Source: the human T2T-CHM13v2.0 reference genome, Homo sapiens. From it: a stretch of DNA of 64,000 nucleotides. This document shows positions 1 through 64,000 of this stretch, in pieces. The stretch is from NCBI RefSeq assembly GCF_009914755.1, contig NC_060943.1. One strand, given 5' to 3'. The notes under the pieces are model-generated. The model had not been told where the DNA came from. It saw only the letters and a program-made list of their open reading frames with translations, and did no database searches. The position numbers and the translations under genes were made by a program. Position 1 is the first letter of the stretch, and every line of letters begins with the position of its first letter.

Positions 1-13500
<13,500 letters not shown>

Positions 13501-13547
13501 CGTGCACCCTTCCTGAAGACAGTGGCTCCTGGGGGTGGCAAAAGAGC

Positions 13548-13553
13548 TTTATT
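13548..13553 (-). terminator. POLRMT polyadenylation signal AATAAA
   Basis: tttatt on the + strand, 26 nt downstream of the POLRMT stop codon. Confidence 0.9.
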
Positions 13554-13579
13554 TACACACTGACAAGGCTCACGGGGTG

Positions 13580-29818
<16,239 letters not shown>

Positions 29819-30104
29819 TACGCACGCCGCTCCAGGCCACCCCACCGGCCCGCGCCTGCGCATGCGCCCGCGCCGCCTGCCGGGAGTTGTGGTTTCATGG
29901 TCGACGGAGGCTGCGAAGGGAAACCCCAGCCGGAAGTAGACTCCCAGGATGCAGCGGAGGCGCGAAGGCATGCGCCGGTGGACGCTCTGATTGGTTCCTC
30001 CTGCTGTTTTTAAAGGGAGGGGGCGGGACAGAGCTGTTGCCGTGGCAACTGGGAGGCACTCTCAGGCTGTTTTCCCGAGGACCTCAAATCCGGACTTTTT
30101 TTCT

Positions 30105-34699
<4,595 letters not shown>

Positions 34700-35849
34700 T
34701 CACCGCTGTGGGTCCCATCCCCATCATTTCTCACAAGGCCCTCAGATCACCCTTCCGCGGTGGGGGGCGGACACTCTAAGAAGGGAAGACCTGGGCTCCT
34801 GCTGGCGAGAAGGCGGTGGACATTTCTTCAGTGTCTGGTGCCGCGCCCTCTGCCCAGCGTGCTCCGTGGAGGGTCTCATTGTCTTCCTCCAGACGTCTCT
34901 TTACTGGCCCATTTTACAGAGGCGGAACCGAAGCTTGGGGTGTTGGCCACAGGGCTCTAGTGTGGGAAGCCAGGCCAGGCTGGACCTCAGCCATGGGGAC
35001 CCCTGTCCCTGAGACTGTGGCACCTGCCACACCCTCTGTGTGACCCGCCTAAGCCAGGAAGAGAGGGTCAGGAGATGCCTGAGCCACCAAGAAGGCATCC
35101 CAGCGTCCAGCCAGACCGGTTATCCCTCCAGAGGGCTCCCCGGCAGGACAGGCTGGTCGCCATGTCTTCAGCCTGGTGCTATTTAAAGGTGGGTGCCACC
35201 TGGGGCTGTGGCCGCAGGGCCAGGACTGGGCTGCTGGGAGCTGTGTCCCCACAGCGGAGGTCGCCGCCCCTCTCAGGCCTCGGTTTCCCCAGTTGTCAAT
35301 GCCTCCACTTGGCTGTGAGTCTGTGAGGGTCACTGTGCTCACCTTTTGGGGCCCAGCGCATGGGGCAGGCAGAGGAAGGGTGGGGGCCAGCCGCCTTGCT
35401 GGGTGGTTCCCCGTGGGGCCTGGGGTATGGCTCTAAGGGAGGAGCAAGTGTGGGTGCGAATGGGGCCGCCCCATTCCTGCCGCCTCCGACGTGCCCCGCC
35501 AGCCGGCCACCGACAGGTCTACGTGGCTATCCTCCCTCCTGCCCACCTACCTGCCCAAACACACGTCCCCAGTCGTCACCTGCCCACCCACCCGCGCATT
35601 CCCACACCCTTGTGGGCCTGGCTTTCGGGAAACTACAATTTGCGGGGAGAGAAGTCCCACGAGGGCATGCCCCGGAGCCTGGCTGGTCCCACGGCTGACG
35701 CACGCGGCAGGACCTCCCGTGTCCATCTCTGTCCCCAAGCATCTCCGCCTCTGCCCCTCTCTGTCTCTGTGTCTCTCTCGTCTCTCCCGGTCATCTTCCT
35801 TGTGTCTCTTGACTGCCGCCGTCTTTCTGTCTCTGTCTCCCTCCGGGTC

Positions 35850-36231
35850 TCTGTCTCCCTCCAGGTCTCTGCGGCCCGCGTCTCACACTCCCGCCCCCGC
35901 AACCCGAGGTCCTAGCCCGCCCGGGGACTCGGCTGACTCACGGACACGCCCCGCGAGACAAACAACAAACGCGCGGAGGCCGAGCGCGGAGTCCCGCACG
36001 GCCGCGCCCCTGTGCACCTGGCCCCCGCCCCCGAGACGTCCCATTGGCCGGCGCCCTAGCCTGGTCCCGCCCAAGTGGACCCCGCCCCCGCCCCGAGGCA
36101 CCCCATTGGCCGGCGTCCCCGCCCCAGCGAACCCGGCCCCGCCCCCGAGGCGCCCCATTGGCCCCGCCGCGCGAAGGCAGAGCCGCGGACGCCCGGGAGC
36201 GACGAGCGCGCAGCGAACCGGGTGCCGGGTC
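35850..36231 (+). promoter_or_regulatory. FGF22 CpG-island promoter with three GC-box plus reverse CCAAT (ATTGG) modules
   Basis: ATTGG at 36043, 36105 and 36157, each preceded by CCCCGCCCC(C)GAG. Confidence 0.7.
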
Positions 36232-39876
<3,645 letters not shown>

Positions 39877-40289
39877 GGCCCTGAGAGGCCGGCGGCTCCC
39901 CAAGGTGCCTGGGCTGGTGGCGAGGGGCCCGGCCACGCTTGTTCTTCCCCCTGCGGGCTCTGTAAGCGCTGAGTGCCCACCGTGTGCGGGCGCTGTGGAC
40001 ACAGCCCAGGAGCCCTCCAGGGGGGTCCCAGCCTGAGGGGGTGGTGGCCACCAAGCAGGTTCAATCCTGAGTTGGGGACCTCGAGGACCCAACAGGGCGC
40101 CTCTCGGGCTGAAGGACGCAGATGTCGAAAGGTCGAGGGGGACGTCCCAGGCAGGGCCCGGCAGAGGCAGGGGCTCGGGGTGGGGAGCACGTTGGGAGTG
40201 GGGGCAGGAGCGGAGGGGAGGGGAGGGGGCCGGGGAGACGGTGACAGACGCCGCAGAACACCAGCCTCGAAGCCGGTCCCGTCCCGGGA

Positions 40290-40690
40290 ATCTGCAAATA
40301 CAACGCCTTGCGAGGACAAAGGCACCTGCAGGTGGGACGGAGATGGAGGAGCATCCAGGGTGGGGGGTCCAGGGCCCCAGTGTCCTCACAGGGTCCTCAC
40401 GACAGGAGGCGGGACGGTGAGAGCCAGAGAGAGATGGGGATGGGCCGCGCTGTGGCCGTGAAGGGGAGGAAGGGCCCTAAGCTGAGGGACGTGGGTGCCT
40501 CCAGATGCTGGGGAAGGCGGGAACGGTTCCGCACTGGAGCCCCCGGGAGGGACCGGCCTGCTCCTGCCTTGATATGAGCCCAGTGGGACCCAGTTTGGAC
40601 TCTGGCCTCCAGAACCGCCAGAAAATAAACGTAGTAAGCCATCAACTTTGTGGTCTTTTGTTACAGCAGACGTCGGAAATATGCACACGG
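40290..40690 (+). mobile_element. MaLR (MLT1C/D-like) LTR in the FGF22 3' UTR, sense orientation
   Basis: 3' hallmark ggactctggcctccagaacc...aataaac...aagccatcaactttgtggtcttttgttacagcag...ggaaat. Confidence 0.7.
40624..40629 (+). terminator. Probable FGF22 polyadenylation signal (inside a MaLR LTR)
   Basis: First AATAAA after the FGF22 stop, with U/GU-rich ctttgtggtcttttgtt downstream. Confidence 0.7.
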
Positions 40691-40721
40691 TGTCTGAAAC
40701 TGTTCTCATGACAAAATAAGC

Positions 40722-40830
40722 CTCAGATCCCCCCGGGAAGGGCGGAGGCCGACGCCTCGGTGCTCCTCGGATCCCCCGGGAAGGGCGGAGGCCGACGCCT
40801 CGGTGCTCCTCAGATCCCCCGGGAAGGGCA
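40722..40830. repeat. ~43-bp tandem repeat, about 2.5 copies
   Basis: gatcccccgggaagggcggaggccgacgcctcggtgctcctc repeated. Confidence 0.85.
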
Positions 40831-41549
40831 GAGGCTGAGGGCAGGAGCCGTGCTGGGTGCAGGGCAGGCCTGGGGGCTTCATGCCGCTGTCCTGCGGGAC
40901 GCAGAGAGGGCTGGCCGTCGGTGTGGGGGCGCCCCCACCTGTGCCCAGCGCCCTCCTGACATCCTGACTCCGCTGGGACTTCTGCCTACAGCCCTGGGAG
41001 TCAAACTCCAGCCTCTCAGAGAAAAGGTCAGAGCCAAGAGCCCCACAGCCTGGAGCCAGGCAGTGACACCCTGGGCCCGTCTCCCCTTCTGTGCGTGGGG
41101 CGACAGCAGCATCGCCCTGGTGAAGTCCCCGGGGACGGCCAGGGCTCCGTCCCCAGCCGCCGCCTTCCACATAAATACAGGAAGACTGGGCCGAGGCACT
41201 TGCTGGGAGGTGCTGAGCAGCCTGACACCGAAAACCCTTCTGGGAAGGGAGGGTCGTGCCCGGCCCGAGAGCTTCTGCTCACCCTGCAGACAGAAGCGAG
41301 CCCCACCCCAGGGGACACCAGGCGGCCTCTGGGGACATCTTTGGCTGGCATGGAGTGGGTGGAGGACAGGGCTGCACCCAGGATGTCCCCAGGTTGGCAG
41401 TGTGAGGGGAGATCGGCCCACGTTGGCCAGTCGGAGGGCGTCGCCACTTGAGTTGTCACTGGGAGCTGCACAGGTCACCACAGCTGAAATAAAACTTGCT
41501 GGCACCCCACGCAGGAACGTAACATGTGCCTCGAAGAAACGGGTCAGCA

Positions 41550-41845
41550 GGCCGGGCGCGGGGGCTCACGCCTGTCATCCCAGCACTTTGGGAGGCCGAG
41601 GCGGGTGGATCACGAGGTCAGGAGATCAAGGCCATCTTGGTCAACATGGTGAAACCCCGTGTCTACTAAAAATACAAAAAATTAGCCGGGCGTGGTGGCG
41701 GGCGCCTGTAATTCCAGCTACTTGAGAGGCTGAGGCGGGGAATCGCTTGAATCCGGGAGGCGGAGGTTGCAGTGAGCTGAGATCGCGCCACTGCACTCCA
41801 GCCTGGGCGACACAGCGAGACTCCGTCTCAAAAAAAAAAAAAAAA
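41550..41845 (+). mobile_element. Alu with TSD aagaaac(g/a)ggtcagcag
   Basis: Full-length Alu with flanking direct repeats. Confidence 0.9.
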
Positions 41846-42912
41846 GAAACAGGTCAGCAGTTGTTTCTTTGTTTCTAAAACAGAGCGTGGAATGGGCGTA
41901 CAGCTCCGCACATCCCAGGGCAGTGAAATCCCGGTTCACACAGAGCCCTCGGCAGCTTATTCGCAAGCCCAAACCTGGGGACCCCCGTTGTCCTCAGGCA
42001 GTGAGGTGGGGGCCCCCCAACAGAGAGGAGCGGCCTGGGGGCACAGAACCAGCGGCTCCCCAGGAAATCGCCAGCAGTGAAAATAAGACAACCCCAAACT
42101 GTTGCAAACTGTGCTTCCGCTTACGAAGCACTCCTGAGCGGCAGGGCGGATGGGGAGAGGACGGCTGCAGGCGCGAGGGGCCCGGGGACGCAGGGGTGCG
42201 GGCCTTACCAGGGCCCTGTCCTGTCGTGCAGCAGGCTCCTGGGGCAGGGAAGACACCAGGGGCGGCCACTTCTTACTGCTGTCTGACCTCGAGCAATGCG
42301 GCCTCACAGCCCCCACCAGGGTGCCGGTGTCCTCTGGGCCCAGCGCCCCCGAGGCTCATGCCTGGGTGGGGCGAACCAATCGGTCCTGCTCCTCTGGCCA
42401 CTCCACGCGAGGGAAGTCCCAGCCTCACAGGCAGGCGCACACCCCGGCAGCATCTCTGACAAAGGCCCTCCAGTTCCGAGTCTCCAGGTCCCGCCGCTGC
42501 AAGCCTCACCTGCCCAGCCCTCCTCTCCAGCTCCAACTCCAACTCCCAAGAACCACCACGGACACACAGAACCCGAGCCTTGTCTCCCTCAACGCCTCCT
42601 GACTCAAAACTCCATCTTCCAACAGGAAAACGGCTCGGCCGGGGGACTGTGACCCGGAGCAGGCGGCCCAGCCTGTCGCGCAGACTCGGGGCCTAAAACA
42701 CTTGTTCTCTCAGTCCGGAGATCAAGGACGATCCGAGGTAACCTCCCTACCTCGGTGTCCTCCATGCAACCTCGTCTTAGGGCACCGGGTACGTTACCTC
42801 GTGAGGAGCCGAGTCCGCGGGTCCTGGGGTTGAGATGTGGACGCCCTCAGGGCTGGCACTCTGCCCTGGCGGCCACAGTCATGGAAGTCCCAACGCTTCT
42901 CTCGGCTCCGCA

Positions 42913-43025
42913 ACCCCAGAGGGCGGCCACGAGGAGGGCCCGCCACGCGCGACCCCAGAGGGCGGCCACCAGGAGGGCCCGCCACGCGCGACCCCAGAGG
43001 GCGGCCACCAGGAGGGCCCGCCACG
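42913..43025. repeat. 39-bp tandem repeat x3
   Basis: accccagagggcggccac(c/g)aggagggcccgccacgcgcg. Confidence 0.9.
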
Positions 43026-44052
43026 GCGTTGCGGCAGCAGCCCAGAAGGTGCCCTGCGCACGGTCCGGACAGGTGGGATCCGAGTTACCTGGCCAAGGGG
43101 GCTGACGCAGACACGTCACGGGACACAGTGAAGAGTGTGGTGCAGAGCGGAGGGCGGGAGTCTTTGGAGAACAGGTAGGGGCGTGGGGCACGCGCCTCCC
43201 ACGCGCAGGAGCCGTCTACCGTGGAGGGACACGGGTGGTCCTGCTGGAGGCTCCTCTCCGTTAGCCGTCTCCATCGTCTGATTCTTGGATCCCAGGATGG
43301 TGGGATCATCAGCAACTGAGATGAACCCACTGCCCCGGCCCCCTGAGCCCGCAGGTCCCCACGCCTTGCCAGCTGTGCCCGAGCTGGCTGCACCCCGGGC
43401 CAGGCATCCAGCAACCTTGAGCAGTGGGGTCCGGCTTTTCAGAAGGGGCCAGGAACCCGCGTGGCTGAGGTGTGACCGAAGCGTGGGGCAGAGGCGCTGG
43501 GCCCTGGCGCTTTAACGCTGGTGTTTCTGGTTTTAAATTTCACGACCCAGTGACACTGCCACCCTGCTACCTCGCCAGCAGCCCTCCTGGGCTTAACTTC
43601 GGGAGAGCAGTTTTGCTAGCCGGCCCTGGGTGCCAAGCCCTGCAGGAGGCGCAGACCCCTGGAGACAGGACCGGACTCTGCAGAGCCCGACCAGCCTCCC
43701 AGCTTGGCCTTTTCCTGACGCACGGGCGCAGAAGGAAAGCCACAGCACCGGCTTCTCTTTGTAAGTAGTGTATTTTAAATAGCTTTCAAGATACACATAT
43801 TTTTTCCTTTAAAAAAGTCTGTTGGAGCAGTTTTGTTCTTGAATTTTGCTGGTCATCCTCATGGTCCCGAGCCCCCCTACTCCGGGTCGTGGAGGCGGCC
43901 GAGGGGGAGGCTGGGGGCCCACGTGGCCCGTCCTGGCAGCACCTGCAGCACTGGGGGAGCCGCTGAACCCCGTGCTTCAGCGCTGGGGGAGCCGCTGGGC
44001 CCCGTCTTCCGCCACAAACCATGCATGGCCGCCACGTGAGCTCAAACGTCCG

Positions 44053-44058
44053 TTTATT
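44053..44058 (-). terminator. RNF126 canonical poly(A) signal. A more distal AU-rich site with the variant AATACA lies near 43769-43774
   Basis: tttatt on the + strand, about 300 nt after the stop, in an AU-rich patch. Confidence 0.6.
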
Positions 44059-44354
44059 TCAAAGCAGTAATAATTTAAAATTATAAAAATCTTTCCACCG
44101 CTGAACGTTTAGAGGGTGAGGTTAGACAGAGGACGGGGAGGCTGGGGACGCCCCAGAGGGGACCATGTGGCCCACGCCTTCCCAAGCCAGGGGGCCGGTG
44201 GGCCGGGCCCGGGTCCTGCCCTGGAACAGGCGGGACCTGCAGCGCTGACCAGCCAAGCGTGGCGCCGCCGGGGCACCCAGTCTGTGGGTGCCGTGTGGCG
44301 CTGGCTGAGGGTGGGTGGGAAAGGCCCCGTGCTTTCCCGACGGCCGACGTGGGC

Positions 44355-59156
<14,802 letters not shown>

Positions 59157-60074
59157 GGCCGCCGCCACCTACTCCGCGCCGCCCGCCCCCCGCGCGGCAC
59201 CCGCCGCCGGCCGTTTGCTGCTCCCTCGCCGGCCGACGCGCCCGCGCACGCTCACGCACGGCACGCACGGCACGCGGGGCGGAGCGGGGGCGCGGGAGCG
59301 GCGAAAGCTGCGTACTCGGCGGGCAGCGGCCCGGGCGACGGTGGCCGCTGAGAGACAAACTAGGCCCGGCCGTTGGGCGGGGCTCCAAGCGGGGGCGGGG
59401 CTTCCGGTGGGGGCGGGGCCAAAGCAGGCGGCGGAAGAGACGAGAAGCGGGGCGTGCGCGGGGCGGGGCCGAGGCCCTCCTCCCCTCCCGAAGCTGCCCA
59501 GGCCTTCGTGTCCCTCAGTGCTTCCCTACCTCATCGCCGTCTCCCCTCACGGTACTTCAGCCCACTGTCCCCACCGTTCCTGGGGCTCGCCAGGCGCCCT
59601 CTCCCCCGCCCGCTGCCCGGTGCAGCGCTCTCCCGACGCCCGCGTGGCTTTCTTCCAGGTCTTTGCTCAAATGTCAGCTTACAAGGTCTTCTCTGCTGCC
59701 CTCCTGCTCCGTGGCACTGATTCCCTCCCGATGCACTGTCAGGTCAGCTGCGCAGCAAAGGGATTTTTGGACCCGCAGCAGCGCCTGACACACAGCAGGC
59801 ATTCCCTCAGCGCTGCGGAATACAGGCAGACCCGGGGCTCAGGGCGCTGTCTGGGCCTCACTGGGACCCGTGGGGTCAGACAGAGGCTGAGGTCTGTGGG
59901 TTGTGGCCTTGTTTCCAAGATGCTCCACGGGCTGACGGCCCAGGCGCCTCTCGGGTGCGGAGAAGGCAGGAAACCTAACCCCTGCTTCCACATTTAATCA
60001 GTAGAAACGGTATCATCACCCAGCACAGGCCAGGATCATTTCTGAGGTTAGTTCTGGCCCAATCATGCATGCAT

Positions 60075-62880
<2,806 letters not shown>

Positions 62881-63237
62881 CTCTTTATCCCAAACACACC
62901 AAAAAGCAGGCTGCTCTTCCCTGAAGGCAGTAGCACATTGATCAAATCGGCCAGTGGGCACCGACACTGCTGCACACAAATGCACACACTTGCACCCTGC
63001 CCCAGGCCCCACCGGCCACCCTGGTTCCACAGACGGCACCGTTTCTCCCATTTCCTCTCACCAGGGACCTCGACAGGTGTGGGCTTGGTTCCGTGAGCTC
63101 TCTTAGCCCCTTTTTCAATTCAGGATCCCGTCCCCGTGAACCCTGGGGGCCTCGGCAAACATGAGACGAGAGGACTCCTAAAGGAATGACACGCGCCACT
63201 CCCTCCGGGGCAGAGAGGTGTGTTGACAGCTCATTCT

Positions 63238-63678
63238 CACGTCCCAGGCAGACCAAGCCCAGGTGGACCACGTCCCAGGCAGACCAAGCCCAGGTGGACC
63301 ACGTCCCAGGCAGACCAAGCCCAGGCGGACCACGTCCCAGGCGGACCACGTCCCAGGCGGACCACGTCCCAGGCGGACCACGTCCCAGGCGGACCAAGCC
63401 CAGGCGGACCACGTCCCAGGCGGACCACGTCCCAGGCGGACCACGTCCCAGGCGGACCACGTCCCAGGCGGACCACGTCCCAGGCGGACCAAGCCCAGGC
63501 GGACCACGTCCCAGGTGGACCACGTCCCAGGCGGACCATGTCCCAGGCAGACCACGTCCCAGGCAGACCAAGCCCAGGCGGACCACGTCCCAGGCAGACC
63601 ACGTCCCAGGCAGACCAAGCCCAGGTGGACCACGTCCCAGGCAGACCAAGCCCAGGCAGACCACGTCCCAGGTAGACC
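63238..63678. repeat. 15/16-bp composite VNTR (cacgtcccaggcggac / caagcccaggcggac)
   Basis: About 28 units with a 16-bp period and interspersed 15-bp variants. Confidence 0.95.
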
Positions 63679-64000
63679 TAGTGGTTGTGTATTCACTTCT
63701 CCCAACCCCCCTGGGAAGAAATAACTGCAGCTGGCCCCATTGCACCAATGAGGAAACTGAGGCCCAGGGAGGAAGCCGATTGCCTGAGGCGGCAGCTTTG
63801 GGACTGGACTGTGGCTGCCTCCTGAGGAAGGAAACAGTTCCTCCCTCCACCCTCATCCTGGCAGGGGTTGGGCCACCGTTGCTTCATCAAGTGTCGTGGA
63901 GCCTCCGCTCTGTGCCAGGAGCGGGGCCTGTGCCACAAACGTCTGCTGAAACCAGCCATCCACCCAACAGTATCGAGCACCATGATCGGAAGAGTAAAGG

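Noticed and set aside
35491-36231. N-terminal extension of FGF22 suggested by the 365-aa ORF
   Set aside because: The ORF starts at a GTG upstream of the promoter elements. The ATG at 36232 begins a clear signal peptide.
62942-63856. 304-aa repetitive ORF (GTWSAWDVV...)
   Set aside because: Translation of the 15/16-bp VNTR, open in several frames on both strands, with no gene structure.

Overview
GC-rich, Alu-dense eukaryotic genomic DNA that I recognise as the human (or very close hominid) 19p13.3 locus. It holds four spliced protein-coding genes, with exons placed by hand from GT-AG boundaries and reading frame. HCN2 (+) is 5'-truncated, exons 2-8. POLRMT (-) has 21 exons whose CDS sums to 3693 nt (1230 aa). 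FGF22 (+) has 3 exons, 513 nt (170 aa). RNF126 (-) has 9 exons, 936 nt (311 aa). HCN2 and POLRMT are tail-to-tail with poly(A) signals about 100 bp apart. The rest is Alu, MaLR-LTR, old L1 and DNA-transposon fragments, CpG islands and many minisatellites. Most entries in the ORF track are GC-, repeat- or Alu-derived noise. I see no new gene or operon-like system. The most unusual recurring pattern is tandem repeats sitting on exon-intron junctions and copying splice sites: HCN2 exon 5 acceptor, RNF126 exon 5 donor (six copies) and HCN2 exon 4 donor. Other notable observations are a frame-preserving, stop-free HCN2 intron carrying a GGGGCC/GGGGAT hexamer repeat, a templated inverted insertion inside an Alu head, an LTR-donated FGF22 poly(A) signal and motif-array VNTRs. 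Repeat family names come from recognition by eye and their boundaries are approximate.
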